The notes beneath the pieces were generated by a model. That model was given only the letters and a program-made list of their open reading frames with translations, was not told the DNA's origin and did no database searches. Made by a program: the position numbers and the translations under genes. DNA of 64,000 bases, taken from Chloroflexota bacterium (lineage in GTDB: Bacteria; Chloroflexota; Dehalococcoidia; Dehalococcoidales; UBA2162). The stretch covers positions 9,773 to 73,772 of the forward strand of contig JACQGQ010000040.1 in NCBI GenBank assembly GCA_016199495.1, written 5' to 3'. This document shows positions 7,305-16,350 of the stretch, in pieces (the first letter of the stretch is position 1; every line of letters begins with the position of its first letter).

Positions 7305-9644
7305 TTATCTGAGGACGGTGGAGTTCTTTCCCGCAGACAAGGCTAATGTTCTCGCCCTGAATTCTGACCGTTTCTGCGGTGGCAATGGCGGTGGTGCTAG
7401 TTCACACCTGAGGTGACACTGAAGGCACCGCTCCGCCTCTTCAACACCTTCAGCTTCGCTGTAGCCAAGCTCTACCAGGTTGAAGTTAGTTCCTCGCTCT
7501 GGCGCCGGGGTAAGCGATGTGGCGACCAGATGTCTGTCGCCAAAACCCTCTCGCCGTCCCAGATACAGACTACCGACATCCGGGTCAACCAGCGTTTCCT
7601 CTATGTCTCCGTTACCACCGAGGTATTTATCGATTGAGCTGGCGGCTTTTCTGCCGGCGGCGATTGCCTGAATAACCGAGGTAGTACCAGTTACCGCGTC
7701 ACCGGCGGCAAAAACACCTGCTTTACCGGTGGCTAAAGTATCGGCATCGACCGCCACCGTGCGCCCTCTGATGGTTCCGATATCACCGACGCTTTTAATT
7801 AGGTCAAGCTCAGGCACCTGACCAACGGCGAAGATGAGCGTATCGGCCGGCAGGATATGCTCTGAGCCGGCGACAACGTTGACCTTGAGCCGGCCTTGCT
7901 CAAAATGAAAAGAACTGACATCGTGACATTCAATTCCAGCAACATGCCTGTTGCCATCATCGACAATCCTGAGAAAGGTATGGGAACAATGGTAGATAAT
8001 GCCCTCTTCAGCGCCTTCTTCAATCTCATTTGCGGAAGCCAGCATCGCTTCCTCGGGCTCCAGACAAGCGATACGGACTTCAGTGGCGCCTAACCTCAGG
8101 GCAGTACGGGCACAATCAAAGGAAACATTACCACCCCCCAGCACGACGACCCTCTCTCCTATCTTGACTTCCTTACCCAGACGCACATCCCGCAACAATG
8201 TGGTATTGATGAGCACCCCTTCAAGGTCATTCCCGGGGATGGGTAGCTTTATCCCCTGGTGAGCGCCAACCGCCACCAGAGTAGCGTCATATCCCTGCTC
8301 CAGGAGCTTCTCCAGCGATTCGACTTTGCTGTTTAACTTAATCTCAACGCCGACATTCCTTATTTCATCTATTTCAGCGTCAATCACTTCCGTGGGCAGA
8401 CGGTACTCAGGGATCCCTACCCGCAGCATCCCTCCGGCTACGGGCAGGGACTCAAAGACGGTAACGCCATGCCCGAGCTTGGCAAGGTAGTAAGCGGCGG
8501 TTAGCCCGGCCGGACCGGAGCCGACAATGGCGACCTTCTTATCGGTGGCAAGAGCGAACCTGGCTCTCTGCTTCCATGAGCCGTCATCATACTCGGCGGC
8601 AAAGCCCTTTAACGACCTTATTCCTATCGCCTCAGTTAGCTCCTTGTGCCGGCACTCTTTCTCACAAAAAGCCAGGCAAACACGACCCAGAATCGCCGGG
8701 AAGGGAATTTTCTCACGATTGACCGCTACGGCTTCGGCATACTTTCCTTCTTTTATCAGGCGAATGTAGCGGGGGCAATCCACCCCCGCCGGACAGGCCG
8801 CCCGGCAGGGAACAAGCTTCTTGTCACGCTCTTTAGGCTTGATGTTCCTGTCGGTGATGGCGCCGACAGGGCAGACCTCGGCACACATCCCGCAGAAGAC
8901 ACAGCCCGACTCCTTGATGGTCGGCCCCCTGGCGCCAACGATAACTTTACCGTCTTGAAAAACGTAGCCAAGAGCATCGGCACCGCGCACATCCCGGCAG
9001 ACCCGGACACATCGGGTGCAGCCGATACACAAATTGTAGTCCCGGTCAAAGAGGGGGGTCTCACTATCAACCGGCTGTTCTTTAGCGATATAGGGGAGCG
9101 GCCTTTCCTCTATGCCTAGGTCAATATAGTCAGCCACCTTTTGCAGGTCGCAGTGGTCATTCTTGGGACAAAGCACACACCGCTCCGTTATCTTGACACT
9201 GCGCAGACAGATATTGTAGGGTTTACAGACATAAAGATTGTCGCCCTGGTCCTGACGGTCACAGGTAAGGCAGACATTGGGGTGTTGCAAAAGAATAAGC
9301 TTGAGATTGTCACGTTGTTTCTCTTGAACCGGTAGTGTGCTGGTATAAACCACCATACCCTCGGCGACCTCGGTAGTGCAGGCATTGGGTAGACCCTCCA
9401 TACCCTCGATTTCAACGATACAGAGTTGACAGCCCTCATATTCCGTCGCCGAGTTATCATTCTTAAACGGTTCGGCATTACGATAGATAATTTCACTGGC
9501 TCGCACCTCTCTTGATGATGGCAGGTCCGGGTGGTAACACAATGTCGGAATATAGATGCCGGCCTCCCGGGCGGCATCCAGTACCGTCATTCCCTCGCTG
9601 GCTTCAATTTGCCGGTCATTAATGGTTACCGTAATCTTACTCAT
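7305..9644 (-). CDS. Fusion protein: NuoG-like 2Fe-2S/4Fe-4S N-terminal module + GltD-like NAD(P)H-dependent FAD oxidoreductase
   Basis: N-terminal ~260 aa are ~80% identical by eye to the FdhA N-terminus. Then 'CPAGVDCPRYIRLIKEGKYAEA...REKIPFPAILGRVC' and the dinucleotide folds 'KKVAIVGSGPAGLTAAYYLAKLGHGVTVFE' and 'VVVLGGGNVSFDCART' typical of the glutamate synthase small subunit / NfnB / SfrB. The start is ambiguous: ATG 9644 (MSKITV) is preferred, with ATG 9656 or TTG 9665 possible. Confidence 0.8.
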   Translation of the reverse strand: MSKITVTINDRQIEASEGMTVLDAAREAGIYIPTLCYHPDLPSSREVRASEIIYRNAEPFKNDNSATEYEGCQLCIVEIEGMEGLPNACTTEVAEGMVVYTSTLPVQEKQRDNLKLILLQHPNVCLTCDRQDQGDNLYVCKPYNICLRSVKITERCVLCPKNDHCDLQKVADYIDLGIEERPLPYIAKEQPVDSETPLFDRDYNLCIGCTRCVRVCRDVRGADALGYVFQDGKVIVGARGPTIKESGCVFCGMCAEVCPVGAITDRNIKPKERDKKLVPCRAACPAGVDCPRYIRLIKEGKYAEAVAVNREKIPFPAILGRVCLAFCEKECRHKELTEAIGIRSLKGFAAEYDDGSWKQRARFALATDKKVAIVGSGPAGLTAAYYLAKLGHGVTVFESLPVAGGMLRVGIPEYRLPTEVIDAEIDEIRNVGVEIKLNSKVESLEKLLEQGYDATLVAVGAHQGIKLPIPGNDLEGVLINTTLLRDVRLGKEVKIGERVVVLGGGNVSFDCARTALRLGATEVRIACLEPEEAMLASANEIEEGAEEGIIYHCSHTFLRIVDDGNRHVAGIECHDVSSFHFEQGRLKVNVVAGSEHILPADTLIFAVGQVPELDLIKSVGDIGTIRGRTVAVDADTLATGKAGVFAAGDAVTGTTSVIQAIAAGRKAASSIDKYLGGNGDIEETLVDPDVGSLYLGRREGFGDRHLVATSLTPAPERGTNFNLVELGYSEAEGVEEAERCLQCHLRCELAPPPLPPQKRSEFRARTLALSAGKNSTVLR

Positions 9645-9693
9645 GCTTATCTGCATTCCCTCCAAGTAGTACTAAGTTATTAATATTTTGCCG

Positions 9694-10143
9694 CTACCGG
9701 GATTGGTTGGCTGGGAACCTGATTGTCTCTCCGGAAACTTTCACTACGGCGTTAAATCGCTCAGGGCAAACGGCCAGACAAGTGTTACACTTGGTACGCT
9801 TCTCCAGGCTAAATTTGTAATCCTCACTGGTTTCCCCGGCTTGAAGGCCAAGCTCCCGCTCCACTGTCTCTAAAAGGCGTCGTCCACCCTGAACATAGCA
9901 GGCAGTGCCCTGATAAACCCTTATGGCATGTTCACCCTGCCGTTCAAAGCGAAACTGGGCATAGAAGCTAGCCACGCCATAAACTTCATTCTTGGATATA
10001 CCCAAAAAAGTGGCTATCTCTGAGATTGCTTCTTCGGAGAGATAGCCTAATTCCTCTTGTACTTTCTGTAGAACAGGGATGGTCGCTCCCTTTTGCCCTC
10101 GATAAGGAGCCAAAATCGATGATAATCGCTCACGCAAAGTCAA
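9694..10143 (-). CDS. NuoE/HndA-like thioredoxin-fold [2Fe-2S] subunit (atypical Cys pattern)
   Basis: 149 aa with a TTG start. 'ATIPVLQKVQEELGYLSEEAISEIATFLGISKNEVYGVASFYAQF' is the NuoE N-terminal signature. The cluster motifs read 'VYQGTACYVQG' (first Cys replaced by Tyr) and 'KCNTCLAVCP' (CX3C plus one extra Cys). Confidence 0.7.
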   Translation of the reverse strand: MTLRERLSSILAPYRGQKGATIPVLQKVQEELGYLSEEAISEIATFLGISKNEVYGVASFYAQFRFERQGEHAIRVYQGTACYVQGGRRLLETVERELGLQAGETSEDYKFSLEKRTKCNTCLAVCPERFNAVVKVSGETIRFPANQSR

Positions 10144-10344
10144 AGTCCCAAAATATAATTTACTGACCCAAGTAATAGTTTACCACCAAACAGCGTCTAA
10201 GGCAAGCCAATGTCCCCGTACTGGTTGGCTGTAGCGGAGTCGTATTCGATGGCTTTGGCTGCCCACACTGATAATATCGAGAATCGCTTATTAGTCTGCA
10301 GGAAGCGATTGTGGAGTTTGCTCAAGATGGTTAAAAGTTTATTT

Positions 10345-10401
10345 TGCCAACTGGCAAAATAAGATACATATATTGACAACTGTCCTTATTTAACTTATAA
10401 T
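10345..10401 (+). promoter_or_regulatory. Consensus sigma70 promoter with upstream palindrome (copy 1 of a shared glycan-operon motif)
   Basis: TGCCAACTGGCA (10345-10356), 16 nt, TTGACA (10373-10378), 17-nt spacer, TATAAT (10396-10401). The -35 is embedded in TTGACAACTGTCC, a near-palindrome (GACAACTGTC). It lies 50 nt upstream of the XRE ATG. Confidence 0.75.
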
Positions 10402-10451
10402 TTAGCTGACATAGCAGGTAAAGCTTCATTTAATACGGCTTTTGATGTATA

Positions 10452-10643
10452 ATGGAGAAGCTTAAGGAAAAGGTAAAGGCGCTACGAAAGAAGAGAGGCT
10501 GGTCGCAAGAGGACCTGGCACGGGAAATAGATGTTAGCCTCTCCACGGTTCAGCGCTGGGAGGGGAAGGGGGCTAATCCCACCCGTCTGGCTCGTCGGGA
10601 GCTTAAGAAACTTTTCCGAGCCGCTGGCATTGATGACGAGTAG
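10452..10643 (+). CDS. XRE-family helix-turn-helix transcriptional regulator (63 aa)
   Basis: 'LRKKRGWSQEDLAREIDVSLSTVQRWEGKGANP' is a textbook HTH_3/XRE motif. It is the first gene after the consensus promoter and immediately precedes the GT2 gene. Confidence 0.85.
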   Translation: MEKLKEKVKALRKKRGWSQEDLAREIDVSLSTVQRWEGKGANPTRLARRELKKLFRAAGIDDE

Positions 10644-10650
10644 GAAAATA

Positions 10651-11532
10651 ATGGCTAGACCGCCTCGACCGAAAATAATGGCTGCTATTCCCGCTTTTAA
10701 TGAGGAGAAGTACATCGGTACCATCGTACTTAAAACCAGGCAATATGTGGATGAGGTCGTTGTCGTTGACGATGGTAGTACGGACCAAACGGCCAGCATC
10801 GCCAGACTGGCCGGGGCTAACGTCATTCAGCACCAGCAAAACAGGGGTTATGGGGCTAGCATCCAGACCCTCTTAACCGATGCCAAGGGAAAAGAGCTTG
10901 ATATTCTTGTCCTTCTTGATGGTGACTTCCAGCACAATCCTGACGAAATTCCTCAACTCATCCAGCCCATCTCGGAAGGTTTTGACCTCGTTATTGGCTC
11001 AAGGGAAGCCCAGGGGGTCAATATCCCTGGATACCGCCGTATCGGGCAAAGGGCGATAGCCTATTTCTCCCGTATTCTCTCCGGGAAAAAGCTCTACGAT
11101 TCCGAGTCCGGATTCAGGGTTTTTTCCCGAAAGGCGATAGCCTTGCTCGAGTTGAAAGAAAATGGCATGGCTATCTCAGCCGAGACGATAGCCGAGGCGG
11201 CTGAAAAGGGGCTCAAAATTACCGAAAGGCCAATTTCAATCAGGTACACTGAGGACGGCTCAACCCTGCACCCCGTCGTGCATGGCTTTGGGGTTCTCGG
11301 TCGCATCATCGTCATGATTTCTGAAAGGAGACCCCTCTTTTTCTTCGGGCTGGGTGGTTTCATACTGAGCGTGCTTGGCTTGTTTGTCGGCATCAGGGTG
11401 CTGAGCATTGCTTCCGCTAGCGGGCAGGTAGCTATCGGCACGGCGCTGGTCTCAACCTTGTTGCTGATTATTGGCGTATTGAGTATTTTTACCGGCGTCA
11501 TACTAAACGTGCTCACCAAATGGAGAAGCTGA
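10651..11532 (+). CDS. GT2 polyprenyl-phosphate glycosyltransferase (GtrB/ArnC/DPM1-like) with two C-terminal TM helices
   Basis: ATG 10651 lies 5 nt after AGGA; the track ORF start at 10531 overlaps the XRE gene in another frame. 'IMAAIPAFNEEKYIG...VVVVDDGSTDQT' and 'LDGDFQHNPDEIP' are GT-A DXD-type motifs. The C-terminus 'LFFFGLGGFILSVLGLFVGI...ALVSTLLLIIGVLSIFTGVIL' gives two TM helices. Confidence 0.85.
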   Translation: MARPPRPKIMAAIPAFNEEKYIGTIVLKTRQYVDEVVVVDDGSTDQTASIARLAGANVIQHQQNRGYGASIQTLLTDAKGKELDILVLLDGDFQHNPDEIPQLIQPISEGFDLVIGSREAQGVNIPGYRRIGQRAIAYFSRILSGKKLYDSESGFRVFSRKAIALLELKENGMAISAETIAEAAEKGLKITERPISIRYTEDGSTLHPVVHGFGVLGRIIVMISERRPLFFFGLGGFILSVLGLFVGIRVLSIASASGQVAIGTALVSTLLLIIGVLSIFTGVILNVLTKWRS

Positions 11533-11737
11533 GAGGGTGTCAAAATGTCATTCTGAACGTAGCGAAGAATTTCGGGGAAGGGCAGACCCGCCTGCTAAAG
11601 CTTGGCGGGCAGGCAAACTAACAGGAAACTGGCTTTTGGTCATTCTGTCTCAAATTCTGGCTAACAGAATTAGAGTACCTTAACAGCCTCTATATGCCAT
11701 GTCGGTAACATTGATAATTTGAAGAGGAATCGAGGCA

Positions 11738-12814
11738 TTGAAGATTACGATAATCGTTGGCACTCGCCCCGAAATAATCAAAATGGCACCGGTCATCAGG
11801 GAATTAGAGAAACGGCCGGCTAACTACTTTATCCTCCATACTGGCCAGCACTATTCATACAACCTTGACCGGGTATTCTTTGAGCAGCTAAAACTCCCGC
11901 CGCCTAAATATAATCTGGAGGCAGGGTCGGGCTCACCTGGTGAGCAAACGGCAAAGATACTTGTCGCTATCGAAAAAGTCCTGCAACAGGAAAGCCCCGA
12001 TGTAATTCTGGTGGAGGGTGACACCAACTCTGTCCTCGCCAGTGCTCTAGCTGCGGTTAAGCTCCACATAAAAGTGGGGCATGTCGAGGCCGGCTTGAGA
12101 AGCTACGACAGGCAGATGCCGGAGGAGATTAATCGTATCTTGACCGACCATTGCTCCGACTTCCTGTTTGCCCCCACCAGGCAGGCAAAAGCCAACCTGC
12201 GGGGGGAGGGTATTCCTGAAGAGAAGATATTCATCACCGGCAATACGATTGTTGATGCCGTCCAGCAGAGCCTGGCAATAGCCAGAGGCAGTGCCAGTAC
12301 TATTAACACCCTGGGCCTCAAGACGGGGGAATATTTCTTGGTAACCGTTCACCGCCAGGAGAATGTCGATAACCGGGCAAGATTTGCCTCTATCTTGAAA
12401 GGTCTTGACAGGCTGGCGGCTAGCTTTGAAATGCCGGTAATCTATCCTGTCCACCCCCATTCCAGGAAGATGATGGCTAAGTTCGACCTTCACTGCCAAC
12501 GCCTCAGGCTGGTTGAACCAGTAGATTTCCTTGGCTTTTTGCAACTTGAGAGCAATGCCCGGCTTATCCTGACCGATTCCGGCGGTGTCCAGGAAGAGGC
12601 TTGTATCCTCGGTGTGCCCTGCGTTACCCTGAGAGATAACACTGAGAGACCGGAAACAATCGAGGTTGGCGCCAACGTCTTAGCCGGTGTTTCGCCGGAT
12701 AAGATACTTGAATGCGCCAAGGTGATGCTTGACCGGGAAAAGGGTTGGCCGAATCCCTTCGGCGACGGCAAAGCTGGAGGGAGAATTGTTGACATACTGG
12801 GGGGGAAGAGATGA
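11738..12814 (+). CDS. wecB: UDP-N-acetylglucosamine 2-epimerase (non-hydrolysing)
   Basis: 'MKITIIVGTRPEIIKMAPV', 'VEGDTNSVLA', 'HVEAGLRSYD...MPEEINR', 'SDSGGVQEEA' are the WecB/MnaA signatures. TTG start. Confidence 0.9.
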   Translation: MKITIIVGTRPEIIKMAPVIRELEKRPANYFILHTGQHYSYNLDRVFFEQLKLPPPKYNLEAGSGSPGEQTAKILVAIEKVLQQESPDVILVEGDTNSVLASALAAVKLHIKVGHVEAGLRSYDRQMPEEINRILTDHCSDFLFAPTRQAKANLRGEGIPEEKIFITGNTIVDAVQQSLAIARGSASTINTLGLKTGEYFLVTVHRQENVDNRARFASILKGLDRLAASFEMPVIYPVHPHSRKMMAKFDLHCQRLRLVEPVDFLGFLQLESNARLILTDSGGVQEEACILGVPCVTLRDNTERPETIEVGANVLAGVSPDKILECAKVMLDREKGWPNPFGDGKAGGRIVDILGGKR

Positions 12815-13725
12815 GAATACTGGTCACCGGCGGTCTGGGAGCGGTCGGCAAGCCCTTATCTGGGGAATTGAGGCGGAGGGGGCATGAGGTCTGGATTTCA
12901 GACAGGACGCACTCTTATGAGTCATATTACATAAGGTGCGATATCGGCGAGTTTCACCAGGTGGAGGCTCTTTTCCGTAAAGTGGAATTTGATTATGTCT
13001 ATCATCTCGCCGCCGAATTTGGTCGCCGTAATGGCGAAGATTTCTATGAGACGCTCTGGAAGACGAATGCTATTGGCACGAAGAATATCCTGAGAATGCA
13101 GGAACGGCTTCAATTCAAGATGATATTCACCAGCAGTTCGGAGGTCTACGGGGATTACGGCGGGATTATGAGTGAAGATGTCATGGATAAAGTGGCTATC
13201 CGGCAAATGAACGATTACGCTATGAGTAAGCGAGTGAACGAGATGCAAATTTTGAATTCCGCTGATAGATTCGGTACGGAGACAGTGCGCCTCCGGTTGT
13301 TCAACACTTACGGCCCCGGAGAGTATTATTCTGAGTATAGGAGCGCTATCTGTGTCTTTATCTATCGAGCTCTGCACGACTTACCCTACACCGTTTTCAC
13401 CAGGCACAGACGGACCTCCTCCTATATCGATGATACGGTCAGGACACTGGCTAATATCGTCGGAAATTTCAAGCCGGGCGAGGTCTATAACATCGCCGGT
13501 AACGAATTGCACGATATGAAGCAAGCCTCCGATATTATTCTCAGTTATCTGGGTAAGGATGATAGTTTGGTCGAGTATCGTGATGTCGAAGAAGCGACCA
13601 CCCTGGAGAAGAGGGTGGATGCTTCCAGGGCAGTTCGCGACCTGGGGCATCAAAGCACCGTGGCCCTGGAGGAGGGCATCCCGAGGACTATCGACTGGCA
13701 GAAAGGGGTTTACGGCCGTGGCTAA
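12811..13725 (+). CDS. NAD-dependent epimerase/dehydratase (extended SDR)
   Basis: 'MRILVTGGLGAVG' Rossmann motif, 'FTSSSEVYG', 'YAMSK' (YxxxK). The ATGA overlaps the wecB stop. Confidence 0.8.
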   Translation: MRILVTGGLGAVGKPLSGELRRRGHEVWISDRTHSYESYYIRCDIGEFHQVEALFRKVEFDYVYHLAAEFGRRNGEDFYETLWKTNAIGTKNILRMQERLQFKMIFTSSSEVYGDYGGIMSEDVMDKVAIRQMNDYAMSKRVNEMQILNSADRFGTETVRLRLFNTYGPGEYYSEYRSAICVFIYRALHDLPYTVFTRHRRTSSYIDDTVRTLANIVGNFKPGEVYNIAGNELHDMKQASDIILSYLGKDDSLVEYRDVEEATTLEKRVDASRAVRDLGHQSTVALEEGIPRTIDWQKGVYGRG

Positions 13726-14938
13726 GAAAATAGTCATAATTGGTACCGGTTATGTCGGCTTGCCTCTCGCTATCGTGCTGGCGCGCGCCGGCTATCAGGT
13801 TGTCGGTGTTGATATTGAGGAAAACGTAGTCAACGCCATTAACCAGGGTGTCTTACGTCTGGCTGAAGAAGAGGTCAAGCAGATATTCCGGGAACCCCGG
13901 GTAAGAGAGAACCTTCATGCCCAGAAGACCCCTTGCCCGGCAGATGTCTTTATCATCTCGGTGCCGACACCCCTGGACGAAAAGAAAAGGATTGCTGACC
14001 TTTCCCAGGTTATCGGCGGTGTGGAGTCTATTTTACCATTTTTGCGTTCGGGTAACCTGGTCATCCTGGAAAGCACCGTGCCTCCGCTCACCTGCCGGCA
14101 GATTGTCGCTCCCCTTATTGAAAAGACCGGGTTAAAAGTGGGGGAAAGCATTTTCCTCTGTCATTGTCCGGAAAGAATTTTACCCGGCGAAGTATTTGAG
14201 GAACTGGTGAACAATGACCGGGTTATTGGCGGGCTTAATGCTCAAGCCGCCCAGATGGCCAGGGAAATCTATGCCTCCTTTGTTAAGGGGAATCTTTATC
14301 TCACTGACGATGTTACCGCGGAACTGGTCAAGCTGATGGAAAATACCTATCGAGATGTCAATATCGCCCTGGCTAACGAATTTGCCGCCGTGGCTGAAGG
14401 GCTTAGAGTGGATATCTTGCAGGCGATTGAGCTGGCTAATAAGCATCCTCGGGTCAATATCCTTAAACCCGGCATCGGTACTGGCGGGCATTGTATTCCT
14501 GTCGACCCCTGGTTTATCAAGGAGGTTAATCCGATTAACTCTCGCCTCATCCATACTGCCCGGCTGATTAATGATGAGGTACCCTATAAAATTGCTGCCA
14601 GGATTAGGCAGACCCTCAAGGAGATAAAGAATCCTCGTATAGTAGCCGTCGGTGTTACCTACAAACCTGATACCTATGACATCAGGAATAGCCCGGCGCT
14701 GAAGATAGTTAGCCTGCTCAGGGAAGACGGCTACCAGGTGGCAGCCTATGACCCGTTGGCTCAGGGTTATCAATATACTTCTCTCGGGGAAGTAGCCAAA
14801 GGAGCCGATTGTTTAGTGATACTGGTGGAGCATCAGGTTGTTAAGCAAGAGCTTGCCGGTAAGGAGATTGATATCAAGAAGGTTATGCGCCACCCCTTGA
14901 TAATGAGATTCTACCCTCAACCAGAAGTGACCACCTAG
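13718..14938 (+). CDS. Nucleotide-sugar 6-dehydrogenase, UDP-N-acetyl-D-mannosamine dehydrogenase (WecC)-like
   Basis: GTG 13718 overlaps the upstream stop; the track start at 13559 lies inside the previous gene. 'KKIVIIGTGYVGLPLA', 'GGHCIPVDPWFI'. Proximity to wecB (one SDR gene between them) suggests UDP-ManNAcA formation. Confidence 0.8.
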   Translation: MAKKIVIIGTGYVGLPLAIVLARAGYQVVGVDIEENVVNAINQGVLRLAEEEVKQIFREPRVRENLHAQKTPCPADVFIISVPTPLDEKKRIADLSQVIGGVESILPFLRSGNLVILESTVPPLTCRQIVAPLIEKTGLKVGESIFLCHCPERILPGEVFEELVNNDRVIGGLNAQAAQMAREIYASFVKGNLYLTDDVTAELVKLMENTYRDVNIALANEFAAVAEGLRVDILQAIELANKHPRVNILKPGIGTGGHCIPVDPWFIKEVNPINSRLIHTARLINDEVPYKIAARIRQTLKEIKNPRIVAVGVTYKPDTYDIRNSPALKIVSLLREDGYQVAAYDPLAQGYQYTSLGEVAKGADCLVILVEHQVVKQELAGKEIDIKKVMRHPLIMRFYPQPEVTT

Positions 14939-14943
14939 GAACA

Positions 14944-16350
14944 ATGTTAAAAATAACTTTAATAAACCCCCCGCAAGCCAGCCAATATTCACAACCCCCG
15001 ATGGGGCTAGCCTTGCTCGCCGCTGTCCTGGAAAGGGGCGGCTACAATGTAGCTGTCGTCGATGCCAACGCCTTAAAGCTCAAGCCGGAGAATGTCGTCC
15101 CCCAGGTGATTGATACCGATGTCGTCGGACTGACCGCGATGACTCCCACGATAAATGCGGCGATAGCTATCGCTCACCATCTGAAAAAAGCTGACCCCGA
15201 TTTGACCTTAATCCTGGGCGGTGCCCACGCTACTCTGCTACCTGAGGAAACGTTAATTAGTGCCCCTGAAATAGACGTGGTTATCCGGGGAGAGGGGGAA
15301 GAGACCGTTATTGAATTACTGCGGGCTTTAGAAGATAAGCAGCCTTTAGGTAAAATTCCAGGCATTAGCTACCGAAAAGATGGTAAGGTGGTCAGTAATG
15401 CGGCTAGAGCCACGGAGGTTGATTTGGACTCTCTGCCTTTTCTTGGCTACCACTTACTGCCCTGGCAAAGATATAAACCCCATCCGCCCCACGGCCGCGC
15501 CCTCCCCTTTGCCGCTATTATCACCAGTCGGGGTTGTCCTTACCAGTGTGGCTACTGCTCCAAACCCATCTTTGGCAACAAGTTTAGAGGGCAAAGCCCG
15601 CAGAGGGTGGTTGCTGAGATTGCTTACTACCAGGATAAGTTTGCCATTAAAGAGTTTGCTTTCTACGATGATGTCTTTACCCTGAACCGGCAGAGAGCCT
15701 ATGGGATAGCCGAAGAGCTAATAAAAAGGGAGCTAAAAATAGTCTGGACCTGCGAGACGCGGGTCAACCTGGTGGATAAAGATTTATTGACCCGTATGAA
15801 GCAAGCCGGTTGCTATGCGGTTGCCTATGGTATCGAATCTGCTTCCCCGGAGATACTGGCCAGTCTCAACAAAGGCATAACTATCGACAAGGTGGAGGAG
15901 GCAATTCGCCTATCCCGGGAGGTAGGCTTACAAACCATTGGTTACTTTATGATTGGCTGTCCCGGCGAGAACCAGGAAACCATCGTTGCCACCATTGAAT
16001 TTGCCAAGAAGCTAAAGGTTGATTTCGCCCAGTTTGCTGTCACCACACCATTCCCGGGTACCGGGTTATACGACTTATATCTAAAGGATAAGGGAGACAA
16101 CATCCCCTGGGAAAACTTTGTCTACGGAGGGGCGGGCAACCAGATAAACCCCGTGTTTGAAAGCGCTCAACTTAGCCGGGCTGACCTTGAGTATTGGAAG
16201 GGAAGAGCTTATCGAGAATTCTACCTGCGTCCGGCTTACATCTGGCAGCGCCTTAAACAGGTTGACTCTATCGGGGACTTAAGACTTAATCTCAAGGGGT
16301 TTTTGATGCTTCTGGGGGATATCAAACCTCGGCCAAGAGAAGGAGCATGA
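14944..16350 (+). CDS. B12-binding-domain radical SAM protein (COG1032-type, class B rSAM) no. 1
   Basis: N-terminal Rossmann-like cobalamin-domain pattern ('LINPP...PMGLALLAAVLERGGYNVAVVD...VVGLTAMT...ILGGAHAT...IRGEGE'), then 'SRGCPYQCGYCSKP' (CxxxCxxC). Confidence 0.85.
   Translation: MLKITLINPPQASQYSQPPMGLALLAAVLERGGYNVAVVDANALKLKPENVVPQVIDTDVVGLTAMTPTINAAIAIAHHLKKADPDLTLILGGAHATLLPEETLISAPEIDVVIRGEGEETVIELLRALEDKQPLGKIPGISYRKDGKVVSNAARATEVDLDSLPFLGYHLLPWQRYKPHPPHGRALPFAAIITSRGCPYQCGYCSKPIFGNKFRGQSPQRVVAEIAYYQDKFAIKEFAFYDDVFTLNRQRAYGIAEELIKRELKIVWTCETRVNLVDKDLLTRMKQAGCYAVAYGIESASPEILASLNKGITIDKVEEAIRLSREVGLQTIGYFMIGCPGENQETIVATIEFAKKLKVDFAQFAVTTPFPGTGLYDLYLKDKGDNIPWENFVYGGAGNQINPVFESAQLSRADLEYWKGRAYREFYLRPAYIWQRLKQVDSIGDLRLNLKGFLMLLGDIKPRPREGA

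Noticed and set aside
10144-10344. Molybdenum-cofactor (Moco) riboswitch or other structured leader upstream of the fdh operon, including the inverted repeat AATCGCTT...AAGCGATT at 10282-10310
   Set aside because: Some pairing potential exists (AGCCAA/TTGGCT, GGCAAGCC/GGCTTGCC). I cannot match it to the Moco motif from memory, and there is no comparative support. It needs an Rfam/Infernal scan.
10197-10379. 60-aa minus-strand ORF
   Set aside because: It overlaps the consensus plus-strand promoter and palindrome, and has no SD and no motif. It is most likely non-coding.
11581-11614. Intrinsic terminator after the GT2 gene (CCCGCC...GGCGGG / GCCTGC...GCAGGC)
   Set aside because: Only 6-bp alternative stems with 11-13 nt loops and no U-tract. 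Too weak to annotate.
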